Assembly: GCA_026936335.1 (NCBI GenBank)
Contig: JAPMXV010000068.1
Location: 62,001 to 126,000 of the forward strand
From: Mantamonas sphyraenae STR306
Taxonomy: Eukaryota; Protista; CRuMs
Reading direction: 5' to 3'
DNA: 64,000 bases
Shown here: piece by piece, positions 1-11,153 of the stretch
Position numbering within the stretch: the first letter of the stretch is position 1
Layout: each line of letters begins with the position of its first letter
Position numbers and translations under genes: made by a program
The notes under the pieces: generated by a model
Database searches by the model: none
Told to the model about the DNA's origin: nothing
What the model saw: the letters and a program-made list of their open reading frames with translations, nothing else

Positions 1-1112
1 TGAGCCTGGCTCAGGTCGCTCCGCACCTGTTCGTACTGACCCACCGCGCTTGTCTGGGCCTTGGCTGACAACAACGCCTGTTTCTCCAGCAGCGCCTCTT
101 CACGCTGCTGCATGTCTCCCGCCTGCTTTTCCATGGCACGCTGCTTTTCCTCCACTTGCTTCTGCCACGTCATTTGCTGCCGCTCAAAGTCCACCTTGGC
201 ACGCAGCAGCTCGTTTTCTCGAGCTTCGATGGCGGCTTCTTGACGAGCCACCTGTGCTTTCAGCGTTGCTTCACGCACCTGTGCTTCTCGTCTGCGCACA
301 CTCGCCGCGCGTGCACTTTGTGCATCTCTTGCATCGTCCTGTTCCTCTCGCAGCCGCTCTGCGACCGTCTGCTGTGTCGTGTGCGCCGTGTTGTGTGAGA
401 CACCAAACGGTCTGCGCGCCGTCGACTTTGCTGCCCCACCCGCTCTGCCCTCGCTTACCTTGACGCCACCACGTGGGCCAGGTGTGTACAAATGCGACTC
501 TGATGCACCCTGGCTGCTCCTGCGTTCTGCCCGTGTGTCTGTCTCGGCTGTGTTGCGGCCCGCGTCGCTTTGCTCCTCGCGCGCATTTCCAGAAGCGCCG
601 AAACTCGCCTGCAGCCGGTTCAGATGTTCTTCCAGCTGCCGCACCGCGTTGGATCGGTTGGGTACATACACATTGGTCCCTGCCCCGCCGCCTGACGACG
701 GGCTGCTTGCCTGCAGGTCTTGCCACTGCACACCCAGCTCGCCGCGTGTCAATGCCGAGTCGTAGCGCAGCTCAAACCCGCTCCCTGCATCGCCATGGCT
801 CGTGCCGCTGTCACTCTCGGCATTCTCCTGTGTCTCTGCCTCCCCCTGCGTCTCGGAGGAGGAGGTCGTTGTGCTTGTGCTCACGCCCATGCTCTGCAGA
901 AGCTCTTCCAGCTTGCTGGTGTCAAATCGGCCCCCGCCTCCACCCAAGCTCGAGCTGAAGGGCGCCGTGCCTCGCGCAGGCGATCGCGACGCAGTCACAG
1001 ATCCGCCCAGGGTGTTGTTTGTGCCTGTCACGGGCGTCGACATGGCCATATCGCTTCCGCTGCTACCGTACATGCCTCGTCGAGGAGGTTTGCGTGTCAC
1101 CGAACGCTGCAT
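1..1112 (-). CDS. Hypothetical protein with Ser/Gly-rich N-terminus and coiled coil (3' end runs off the window)
   Basis: Minus frame is open from ATG 1112 (MQRSVTRKPPRRGMYGSS...) to base 1 and ends in E/Q/R/K-rich heptads (..EAQVREATLKAQVARQEAAIEARENELLRAK..). It is absent from the ORF track because no stop lies in the window. Possible in-frame intron 372-458 (GTAAGC..ACACAG). Confidence 0.7.
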   Translation of the reverse strand, partial: MQRSVTRKPPRRGMYGSSGSDMAMSTPVTGTNNTLGGSVTASRSPARGTAPFSSSLGGGGGRFDTSKLEELLQSMGVSTSTTTSSSETQGEAETQENAESDSGTSHGDAGSGFELRYDSALTRGELGVQWQDLQASSPSSGGGAGTNVYVPNRSNAVRQLEEHLNRLQASFGASGNAREEQSDAGRNTAETDTRAERRSSQGASESHLYTPGPRGGVKVSEGRAGGAAKSTARRPFGVSHNTAHTTQQTVAERLREEQDDARDAQSARAASVRRREAQVREATLKAQVARQEAAIEARENELLRAKVDFERQQMTWQKQVEEKQRAMEKQAGDMQQREEALLEKQALLSAKAQTSAVGQYEQVRSDLSQA

Positions 1113-1235
1113 CGTCCTCGTCGTTGTCTTGATCGAAACTGCGCACACAGAAAACAACCATGAGCACACCGTTTGTCTCTTTTGCTGCTCTCCATGTCGA
1201 TGTGAGTGTGTGTGACGAGCGAGCACGTCCCGCCC

Positions 1236-2760
1236 ATGCTCACCCAACCTGGAGAGAAAGCGATGCCCAAGAGCGTTTACAGCGTTTCAGCCTATTCTGC
1301 CATCACCACCGGCGAGGACGAGCACGTGGCGTCCACCGAAATGGGCGTGCGTGTCAAAACCATGTTCCCGCACTCCCGCTTCCCGCTGGTCATCTCCCCG
1401 CTGCCGGGACACGACAACAGCCGCGAGTTTCTCGTCAACTGGATTGAGGAGAACCGCGAGTGGATCAACGGCCAGCACGACAAGCACGGCAAGCTCGTCG
1501 AGCCGGGCATGTTCCACGAACACGGCGCCATCCTCTTCCGCGGCTGGGCCATCGATGAGGCGTCCGATTTCGAGAGCGTATGTTTGCCGCCCGCCTGTGT
1601 CCCGAGGCCCTTTTCCAGTTCCCGCCAAAAATTAGGCCCAATTCTTTTTTTTTGACGTTTCGCCGCCTTTCGCTCACCCTGCCCGCACTGCCCTGGCTGC
1701 CCTTTGCCTCTTGCCGTCCCCGCCCACAGGTTGCCCTCACTCTGGACAGCGGTCTCAAGAACAAGTACCTGGGCACGTCGCCTCGCAACTGCGTCCCGGG
1801 CACAAACTTTGTCTTTACGGCGTCCGAGGTGGGTTCCCTCTTTTCCTCCCTCCACCTTGCCGCGTTTGCGCCTGCACACCTCTGCACAGCATGCACACGC
1901 TACGCGCTACACACACACACACTGTGCGTCTTGCACTCGCTCCACTCGCTGCATCATTGCTCTCGCTGACACTCGCCTCGCCCCTCTGGGCGTGTGTTTA
2001 GTTCCCGGGCTACTACCCGATTCCGCAGCACTCGGAGATGTCTTTCCTCAAGGACCCGCCCACAAAGATCCTCTTCTACGCCATGCACCCCAACAAGAGC
2101 CAGGGTGGCGAGACGCCCATGACCGACTTTATCAAGGTGTGGGAGCAGATGGCCCCCGAGGTCAAGAAGGCGTTCCAGGAGAAGCAGATCAAGAACATCC
2201 GCTCCTACTCCAAGGCCGGCTCTTGGGACCCGTGGAAGACAAAGACCTGGAAGCAGATTTTCCTCACCGACGACAAGGAGGAGATCGAGCGCGTGGCCAA
2301 CGAAAACGGCCTCACTTGCAACTGGCAGGCAGACGAGACCCTCACCCTCACCAACGTCCAGCCCGTTACTCGCATTCACCCGGAGACTGGCGTCGAGGCA
2401 TGGAGCAACCACTCGCAGGTGTTTGACATCAACGCCATCCCCGACGAGTACGCTCGCCTGTGGAAGCGCTACACTGGCTGGATGCGCTGGAAGAACTGGG
2501 TCCTCCACTATGTCTCCCGCTTCCTCATCTTTTTTATGCGTCTCTTTGTCTCCAACGACCAGCTGGGCCAGCACGTCCAGTATGGCGACGGCACTGAAAT
2601 CCCTCGCGAGCACATGATCCATGTTCGCGACCTCGTCTGGCGCAACACGGCCATCTACAAGCACCAAAAGGGCGACGTTGTCTACGTCGACAATAGACAG
2701 ATTGCTCACGGACGCCATCCATATGAAGGCAAACGCAAGGTCGCTGTGGCGTGGGTGTAG
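1236..2760 (+). CDS. TauD/TfdA (SyrP-like) Fe(II)/2-oxoglutarate dioxygenase
   Basis: Exons 1236-1577, 1730-1828, 2002-2760 with GT-AG introns of 152 and 173 nt that keep the frame. Motifs HGAILFRG, IPQHSEMSF (HxE), GGETP and DNRQIAHGRHPYEGKRKV. Start could be ATG 1263. Confidence 0.88.
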
Positions 2761-2796
2761 AGAGAATGAAGGGGCCACGAGGCCACGTGATGACAA

Positions 2797-5700
2797 TCAG
2801 CCGCTGCGCACACTCAACGCCGCTGTGGAGTTGATTCCCAGCGAGAACCTTCCCACACGCCCTGCGTTGAACGTGCTCACCACCACCACATACTGGTAGC
2901 CCCGTTCGATGCACACCTGCTCCAGGAACACCCCAAACTTGCTGTTGACGTAGGTACCCGTTTCCGCAACCAGTTTCCGCCCTCCAAAGCCCCACCCGCC
3001 GCTCTTGACTTGATACAGGCCCATGGCGTAGTACGGCAGCTCTCCGCCAAAGTCTTCCGCCTGCATCAGCAGCTCTAGGTTGATGTTTGCATATTGGACG
3101 TGCTCGTCGTCCGCGATGGACAGCTGCACCGAAGGGTTCAACTCAAAGTTGCCATTCTGTGGTGCCCCTTGCGCATTGTCCAGCGTCAACACGCCGTCGT
3201 GTTCGTACCGAAATGCACCGTCATCGTCTGCTTGCAACTCTTCCAGCGACAGTACCACGGGCGCCCTGCAGCTAATGGTGATGCGGAATTTCCCGTACTC
3301 GTGCGGTTCAAACGTACTCGGGATCAGCATGTACGTACCCGATTGTAGCGCATCCACCTCCATGGTCGCCACGCCGTGTTGGTAGCGGCCCGATTCGGCC
3401 ACAGTCTCAAACATGACCTGTTTCAGGGCCGCCGTGCGCGTGCGAGCCTTGACCAAAGTCATGCCCATGGAAAGGCGCTGTAGCCCCTCCAGGCGCACGT
3501 CCAGAGCGCACTGGCCCTGTGGAAGGTGGTCAGCGTTCACTTCCACGCGGAACATCGGGTTCACCCGGAAGCTGTTGAAGTTGCGGCACCCGCCTGCGTT
3601 GTTGCTGTCCCATTGGCCCTGCGCCGTCACAGTCATGCCGTCCTGCATCGATTCGGCCATGCTCTTGAGTGGCTTAAGCGAGAACGAGTCTTCGGCAAAC
3701 ACAGACAAGGAAAAGGGAAACTCGCGATGGTAGCAGCTGTGGCACACCACCACCGTGTATGTCGTCTTTCCCGGATCCACGTCCATCGTAAACGTGTACG
3801 CATCTTCCAGACGGTATTGCGACGCCATTCGCAGTGTCTTGGGGTCCTTTGGAATCTGCACACGCTTTGCTTGCGCAAACCCTCGCTCGTCCACTTCGCC
3901 CGTCACGTTGACGTTTTCGTACACATCCACAGCCATGTAGTCCTGGTCGTAATCCTGCCACTCGTCCTCGTCGCCCTGGCGCTTGTGTCGCACAAGCATG
4001 AACTTGAGCCGCCCCGCACGTTTGGCATCCAACCGCAGCGCATACTGAGCCTGTTCGCCGTACGCTCGTTGATTGATGCTGAAGCTGGACACTTGAGAGG
4101 TGTGCGCGCGCCACGATCCCTCGGTCGACAGCTCTGCGTCCATGTTCACTCCGCTGGTACTGCTGCTCAGTTCAAACTCGTCCTCCACCTGCCCTCGAAT
4201 GATCCCATGTACAGATCGCCTGTGATCGAACCGCTTTGGATTCAAGGCCATGGAGATGCGCGAAAAGTAGCGGCATACGTTGGGCCAGTCGATCCAGAAG
4301 CACCCGTTGTCGAATTGTCTCTCTGCAGCGACATCGTAGTCCAGCTGAGACAGCATGGAGTCTGTCCAGTGCTGTGTGTCTGCAGGCGAGTACGTCAGCC
4401 GCCAGCGCTCGTGGCTCCACGGGTTCTTGACACGGAGCAGTTGCACGCCGTCCACAAGCCTCACGTCGAGCACCGAGTACGCATGGTTGGTCAAAAGACC
4501 CGTCAGCTCGTTCAAGTTCTCGTATTGGCCAGTGCCATCGCCCGGTGTGCTGAGAGTCATCATGCCGTGGCCATCCTCGTGCAGTTGCAAGATCTCGTCA
4601 AACAGCTCGTTCATCCGCTCAGGCTGCTCTGTGTGGTTCACCAGCGGCAGGGGTTCGGGGATCCAGCCAAACAGGGTGTGCATGTCGATGTAGGACAGGC
4701 CTCCCTCGTGGTAGCGTCCGTACATGCACTTCATGTATGCCTTCTCCAGGAGCGACACCCAAATCTCGTTGCGGTTGGTCGATGAACTGCACAGCAAGCG
4801 GTTGTGCTTATCCACGGGCATGGTGTCATCGATTTCCACCTCCCTGGGAAGGCCATTTTTGTACAAGCGCACCACGTAGCGTCCGCTGGGGTTGAACTGC
4901 GCCTCGTCCGTAAACGCATCGCGCGGATAGAATGCACCCGTGATCAGATTCGTGCCAAAGTGTCGTGTCTCGTAGTTCACTGCCGTGGTCAGCGATGCCA
5001 GAAAGGAGCAGTCGCCCACGATGCCCTGGTTCACCGAGTACACCGACGGTGCGCTGCCGTTGGCAAACAGCACCGGGGTGCCCTTGCAATACTCGTCGGG
5101 ACGTGCAAACGTCACAAAGCTTTCCTTCTGTTTGGGTGTCAGCTCGAGGAACACATCGTCAAAGAAGCGCTCCTCAAACTCCCAGCGGCTCTGCCGCACC
5201 CGTTCGTCGTCCCACGCAGGAAACACGAGGCCATTGATGTTGCTGCCTGCCTCCAAGACCATCAGCTGCTTCATGTCCAGCTGCACCACGTTGTCGTCTC
5301 CACCCGTAAAGGAGGACGTGCCTTCGAGCGGTGGTGATTCGCTTCCAGACGACGATGACGATGACGACGATGACGACGAGCTACCTGCATTCTCCCCAGG
5401 CCAGCCGCCATCGTCATTCAACGTCCCGTTGGCTGCCAGCAACTGTGCCAGCTCATGGTCGCTGCCGCCGGCCGTTTCCGAGCTGGAATTGCCGCTGAGA
5501 GCCTGTGCCAAACGCCTGGCCAGCGCCTCGTCCTCCTCTTCTTGCTGCCGTGTCAGCCCTCCATTGCCATTTTCTGTGTTGTTGGGGTTGTCTTGAGTGG
5601 CCTCCACCACCACCATGGCCTCCTCGATGGTCTGGTCGACTTGAGCCAGCAGATCACTGATGTCTTCGCCTGCATCCAGCCGTCTCGCAATTTCCTCCTC

Positions 5701-5967
5701 CATGGACGTGGCCACCACACGCAAGGCTTGGTCGACGGCGTTTTCACCCTCTCCACCACCGTTAGTATCGTCCTGGGGCCTGTTGTTGGACGCGTTTGTT
5801 TCCGCCGCCTCGGCCTCCTCCACCTCCTTGGCCAGCTGCTGGGTGACCTCTTCCACGTCGTCGTTGTGGTATGCCATCAACGTGGCCACGTGAGACCTGC
5901 TCGTCTGAGGGAACATCTCCACAAGCATGTCCACCGTGCGGACAAAGGTGTCTTCGTCACCCCCCAT
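2797..5967 (-). CDS. Calpain-7/PalB-like cysteine protease with N-terminal CUE-like and UIM-like motifs and tandem C-terminal calpain-III domains
   Basis: Catalytic triad intact: QGIVGDCSFLASL (C), NHAYSV (H), KNPWS (N). Also NPSGRYVVRL, WVSLLEKAYMK and GQWDSNNAGGC/NPMF of domain III. Intronless; start may be 5967 or upstream in frame (up to 6033). Confidence 0.9.
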   Translation of the reverse strand: MGGDEDTFVRTVDMLVEMFPQTSRSHVATLMAYHNDDVEEVTQQLAKEVEEAEAAETNASNNRPQDDTNGGGEGENAVDQALRVVATSMEEEIARRLDAGEDISDLLAQVDQTIEEAMVVVEATQDNPNNTENGNGGLTRQQEEEDEALARRLAQALSGNSSSETAGGSDHELAQLLAANGTLNDDGGWPGENAGSSSSSSSSSSSSGSESPPLEGTSSFTGGDDNVVQLDMKQLMVLEAGSNINGLVFPAWDDERVRQSRWEFEERFFDDVFLELTPKQKESFVTFARPDEYCKGTPVLFANGSAPSVYSVNQGIVGDCSFLASLTTAVNYETRHFGTNLITGAFYPRDAFTDEAQFNPSGRYVVRLYKNGLPREVEIDDTMPVDKHNRLLCSSSTNRNEIWVSLLEKAYMKCMYGRYHEGGLSYIDMHTLFGWIPEPLPLVNHTEQPERMNELFDEILQLHEDGHGMMTLSTPGDGTGQYENLNELTGLLTNHAYSVLDVRLVDGVQLLRVKNPWSHERWRLTYSPADTQHWTDSMLSQLDYDVAAERQFDNGCFWIDWPNVCRYFSRISMALNPKRFDHRRSVHGIIRGQVEDEFELSSSTSGVNMDAELSTEGSWRAHTSQVSSFSINQRAYGEQAQYALRLDAKRAGRLKFMLVRHKRQGDEDEWQDYDQDYMAVDVYENVNVTGEVDERGFAQAKRVQIPKDPKTLRMASQYRLEDAYTFTMDVDPGKTTYTVVVCHSCYHREFPFSLSVFAEDSFSLKPLKSMAESMQDGMTVTAQGQWDSNNAGGCRNFNSFRVNPMFRVEVNADHLPQGQCALDVRLEGLQRLSMGMTLVKARTRTAALKQVMFETVAESGRYQHGVATMEVDALQSGTYMLIPSTFEPHEYGKFRITISCRAPVVLSLEELQADDDGAFRYEHDGVLTLDNAQGAPQNGNFELNPSVQLSIADDEHVQYANINLELLMQAEDFGGELPYYAMGLYQVKSGGWGFGGRKLVAETGTYVNSKFGVFLEQVCIERGYQYVVVVSTFNAGRVGRFSLGINSTAALSVRSG

Positions 5968-6121
5968 TTTCGTCGTGTTGGCTTGGTTTGCTGGGCGGCG
6001 CATGGTCAATGTGGAGTCGGTGTGCGTGGTCATGTGGTGGGTGGGTGGAGAGGCGGACGGTGCTCATGGACTGCGCAGTTGCACCCACTGAAAGAATCCG
6101 CCTCTCAGACCTGCAGAACAC

Positions 6122-9100
6122 ATGTCCGAAGGCAAGCAACGACTCATTGTCATCTCCAACCGGCTGCCGGTTTCCATCAAGAAGGACGAGGACGGCGGCT
6201 GGGTGCTGAAGCCGTCGTCGGGCGGCCTGGTGGCAGCACTGAACGGGATGCGCGACAAGATGGACTTTCTTTGGATCGGATGGCCGGGCCTCCCTGTGGC
6301 CGAAGAGGAGCAGGCGAGCCTGCAACAACAGTTGATGGACGAGGTCAATTGCGTGCCCGTGTTCCTTTCGCAAGAGCTGGTCAACGCGTACTACAACGGG
6401 TTCAGCAACGACATCCTGTGGCCGCTGCTCCACTACTTTCCCGACGAAATGAAGTTTGACGAGAGTTTGTGGGAAGCGTATCAAGAGGCCAACCAGGCGT
6501 TTGCAGGTGAGTGTGTGTGTGAGTGTGCAGCACACCAGGCGGGAGGGCGTCGTGGAGCTGACACGGAACAAATTGGCGAACCCTCTCGTGGCACGTGCCT
6601 TGGCTGGACGGGTCGCAATACCCCGCGTTGCAGATGTGGTTGTGCAACACGCAGAGGAGAATGCAACGGTGTGGGTGCACGACTACCAGCTGATGCTGCT
6701 GCCGGGCATGCTGCGTCAGGCGAATCCCACGTTCCGCCTGGGCTTCTTCTTGCACATCCCGTTCCCGTCGAGCGAGATTTTCCGAATCCTGCCTGCAGCC
6801 AAGGAGATCTTGGAGGCGATGATGGCGAGCGACCTTGTGGGCTTCCACACTTGGGACTACGCGCGACACTTTCACTCTGCGGTGTCGGCACTGCTGAAGC
6901 CAGACCTGCAGGAGCTGTGTGTTATCAGCTACGAAGGGCGCACGGTAGAGGTCGGTGTGTTTCCCATTGGCATCGAACCGTCCAAGTTTGAAGAGCAGCT
7001 GGAGAAGGAGGCTGTGGTTGCGCGCATCGGCGAACTGGAGCGGCGGTTTGCAGGCAAGCGGGTTCTGCTTGGCGTCGACCGTCTGGACTACATCAAGGGC
7101 ATCCCACAAAAGATTGAGGCGTACGAGATGTTTCTGGAGAACAACCCGGAGTACCAGGACAGTGCGGTGCTGGTGCAGATTGCTGTGCCGTCGCGAGTCG
7201 ATGTCGAGGAGTACCAGGACCTGATTGCACGCATCAACGAGTTGGTGGGTCGTATCAACGGTCGCTTCGGGAGTATCGACCACCAGCCCATCCAGTACCT
7301 GAACCAGAGCGTCAATTTTGACGAATTGTCTGCGCTGTACCGCATTGCCGACGCATGTATCGTGACCTCGATCCGTGATGGTATGAATTTGGTGAGTGCC
7401 GAGTACATTGCATGCCAGAAGGGCAAGCACGGAGTGCTTGTGCTGAGCGAGTTTGCAGGGGCACACCAGAGCTACATGCCGAGCTGCATCTCGATCAACC
7501 CGTGGGACCTGGAGCAAGTTGCCGGTGGGTTGGAAGAGGCCATGAGCATGGGTGCAGAGGAACGTGCTGCACGTTTCGAGAGCCTGCACTCGTACGTGAC
7601 TCGCAACACGGCGTCTGCATGGGGTCAGAACTTTCTCACAAAGCTGGTGGCCGACAAGAAGACACCCGTGATTCGCACGCCGTCGTTCACGACCACACCT
7701 GGTGACGAGCTGCTCGAGCGTCCGTCCTCGCCGATGAGCCTGAAGGGCAAGGAGGGCGCAAAGTCGTCGTCACCGACGTCGACAGAGGGAGGTTCAAGCA
7801 GCGGGGCTGTGGCCAAGAAGAACCGCATGTTGGTTGTGGCCAACAGGCTGCCTGTGCACATCGAGCGTGTGGTGGACACGCATGGGCAGGTGAGCTGGAG
7901 TGTGCGCAACAACTACAGGCACCCGCAGCTGCTGAACAACGTGAATGTTCTGGAGGCGCAGGAGAAGGGCGAGCTGCCCGATCTGTTCTGGGTGGGTTGG
8001 GTGGGCATGGACGTGGCGGTGGAGGAGCAGGCCCTTCTGGTTGAGGCGCTGCACTCGGTGCTGCCGTGCCGGCCGATCTTTCTGGACCCGGAGGACGTGC
8101 GCAAGGGCTTTGTGGGCTTCTGCAAGCAGTACCTGTGGTCGCTGTTTCACTACGCACGTCTCAAGGACATCTCGTACAACCCTGCATTCTGGTCTGCATA
8201 CAGCCGCATCAACGAAGTGTACGCCGAGGCTGTGGTTGACGTGTACGAACCGGGCGACACGGTGTTTGTGCAGAACTACCACCTGCTTGTGCTGCCGATG
8301 TACATCCGCATGGCCATGGCGACGCGGGAAGCAGAGGAGCAGAAGCACGCGGGCGACTCGGTAGGTCTGGAGGTGCCGATCGGCCTGTTTGTGCACACAA
8401 ACTGGCCTTCAAGCGAGCTTGTGAGATGCATTCCTGTGCGTGAGCAGCTGCTGACAGGCATGCTGGAAGCCAACTGCATCGGATTCCAAACGGCCGCCAA
8501 CCGCAGGCATTTCTGCACGAGCTGCACGCTGATCCTGGGCTTGGAGAGCCACCCGCGGTTCCGCAGCGTGGATTATCACGGCACACGCACACTTGCGGTG
8601 TCACCGATGAGTTTGGATGAGGCGCGCGTGGACCAAGTGATCGAGAGCACGGACACGGCAGCGCGTGTGGAGCAGATCCGCGCTTTCCACCAGGGAAAGC
8701 ACATTGTGATGAGCAGGGACACGGTGGACCACACCAAGGGCATCCCGACGAAGCTGTTGGGCATTGAGCGTTTCCTGGAGCGACACGGCGAGGAGTGGGC
8801 CAACAAGGTTGTGTTTGTGATCCTTGCGGTGCCTCCAAAGGTGACAGACTCGGAAATGCTTGCGAAACGTGTGAACCTGCTGGTGGGGCGCATCAACGGC
8901 ACACGCAGCACTGTGGATAGCTCGCCGATCCAGTTTATCCACCACGACGTGGATTTTACGGAGCTGGTGGCCATGTACGGGGCGGCAGACTGCATGCTGG
9001 TGACTCCGCTGCGCGACGGGATGAACATGAGCACGCACGAATTTGTGGTGACCAAGAATGCGCTGGGCGACGTGGGTTCTATGGTGCTGAGCGAGTTTGC

Positions 9101-10112
9101 AGGTGCAAACACGTACCTGACCGGCGGGGCGCTGACGTGCAATCCGTGGGACAGCAACGCGATGGCCAGCCGCATCCAGGAGGCTCTGAGCATGAGCGCA
9201 GAGGAGCGCGTGGACAGGTTTGCAATCATGAAGCAACACGTGGTGGGCCGTGGTGCGGCGGGATGGCTGGGTGAGATGACACAGTGGATCCGCCATGCGA
9301 AGCAGCTGTCGATTCAACACCCACCCATGTTGAATGTGGAGAGCGAGGCACGTGCGTTTGCACAGGCCAAGAACAGGCTGCTGCTGCTGGACTACGACGG
9401 GACACTGGCAGGGATTGTGAGCAACCCGGCGGAGGCGTTTGCGACGGACGGGATGATGGAGGCGTTGCGTGCGTTGTGTGCGATGGAGGGCACGCGTGTG
9501 TACGTGGTGAGCGGACGCGATCACAAGGACCTGGACATGTTCCTGAGCGAGGTAGAGGGCCTGGGATTCAGCGCGGAGCACGGGTGCTTCCTGAAGCAGG
9601 CCGGGGAGAGTGAGTGGACAGACATGTTTGAGGGCTACGACCGCGAGTGGATGGCAGAGCTGATGCCTGTGTTTGAGTACTACACGGAACGCACAGAGGG
9701 GGCGTGGATCGAAAAGAAGGACCTGTCGATCGGATGGCACTACCGCAAAGCAAACAACGTGTGCGGGACGATGCTTGCGCACGAGCTGCAGAGCTCGTTG
9801 GAGCTGGTGGCTCCGGAGCACGGCCTGTCGATCCTGCGCAGCAAAAAGATTGTGGAGGTGCGCCCGGAGGAGATGCACAAGGGCAACATTGTGACGAGGC
9901 TGCTGGAGGCAGACGCGGCGACGGACTATGTGCTGTGCATGGGCGACGACCGAACAGACGAGGACATGTTTGCGGCACTGAAGGAGGTGGAGTGTGCGAC
10001 GACGGTGCGTGTGGGCAAGCAGGCAAGCAGTGCAAAGTTCCACCAGGAAAGCGTGTTGGACGTGGAGCGGTTGTTGAAGGCGCTGGTGGAGGCAGGCAAA
10101 GGGGCAGAGTGA
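6122..10112 (+). CDS. Trehalose-6-phosphate synthase/phosphatase with two GT20 (TPS) domains and a C-terminal HAD TPP domain (~1287 aa)
   Basis: Exons 6122-6506 and 6634-10112 (127-nt intron GTGAGT..TTGCAG). TPS-1: SNRLP, GGL, HDYQL, DRLDYIKG, PSR, DGMNLV. TPS-2 starts ~7821 (ANRLP..DGMNM). TPP: LLLDYDGT, SGR, GDDRTDEDMF. Confidence 0.93.
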
Positions 10113-10134
10113 GCGAGTGAGCGAGTGAGCGAGT
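10107..10134 (+). repeat. (GAGTGAGC)x3.5 tandem repeat overlapping the TPS stop codon
   Basis: GAGTGAGC GAGTGAGC GAGTGAGC GAGT read directly. Confidence 0.9.
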
Positions 10135-10152
10135 GGGAAGAGAGGCGACAAG

Positions 10153-11119
10153 ATGAGTGAACATGTGTACTGTATCCCAGAACAGTGTGTGTTCTTCAAG
10201 CGATGGTCAGAGAGCAGCAAGCGGGTGTTGACGCGAAAGCTGTTCGTGCACAATCCGAGCGAGAGCGAAACACGTGTGGTGGAGGCAGAGCGCATGAGGA
10301 GCGAGCGGTTCAGTTTGGGAGCGTTGGAAGCGAGTGGAGGAGTGTTTACGTTGCAGGCAGGCTCGACACTGCCGATCTCGGTGGAGTTTACGCGACCCCA
10401 CGACAACGAGAGCCCCGGGAACTTTGCAGACTATGTGCGGTTGCATGTGGACGACGGCACAGTGTTGACTGTGCGTGTGTGTGCGCTCAAGGCAAGCAAT
10501 AGTGCACCGGAGGAGGCAGAGGCATACACGGAGCGGTTTGAAGCGGACGAGACGGGCGGGAAGGAGGAAACCGCGGCCGAGGCGGCTGAACGGGAGACGC
10601 TGATGCAAGTGGCACAGGAGCAGGCAGCGCGTGCGAGCGGTGGGAATTCGCAACGGCGGGTGTTGAGCAAACGAAGCAACAGCAGCAGCAAGAACAGCCG
10701 AGGAGGAGGCGACGGGTCGGAGAGGATGGCGCGCGTGAGCCGCAAGAACGAAGTCAAGATGTACAGCGGCGGCCAGTTGGTTCAGGTTTCGGTAGAGGCA
10801 GAGTCGAAAGTGTACTTTCTGCTGGATGGGGCGTACTACGACGCACGCGGGAAGGCTGTGGCGGCGACCGAGCGAGGTTGTGGACTCTGCGTACGAGTGT
10901 CGCTCTGTGCCGCGACGGACAGTGCACCAAAGCCGCTCCCCGCCACGCAAGGTTCAGGTGCGAGAGAGCGAGATGCGGGACGTGGTGGAGGAGGAGGCGT
11001 CGCCGCAGGACAGGGAGGAAAGAGGACGCCGTGTGAAAGTGGCGGGTGCGGATGAAACCACCACAAAGACGAGCAAGAAGCGGGAGGAGGAATTGATGGC
11101 CGCATGGGATGCGTTGTGA
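10153..11119 (+). CDS. Hypothetical protein, N-terminal Ig-like (ASH/MSP-type?) beta domain and charged C-terminus; frame change near 10860-10960
   Basis: ORF 10153 (LTRKLFVHNPS..LQAGSTLPISVEF..DYVRLHVDDG) loses coding character after ~10870. The frame of ORF 10826-11119 carries on with charged protein-like sequence to TGA 11119. The join needs either intron 10891-10957 or an indel. Confidence 0.6.
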
Positions 11120-11153
11120 GACGTGTTGGAATGCAATGTACATAGTGAATGGT

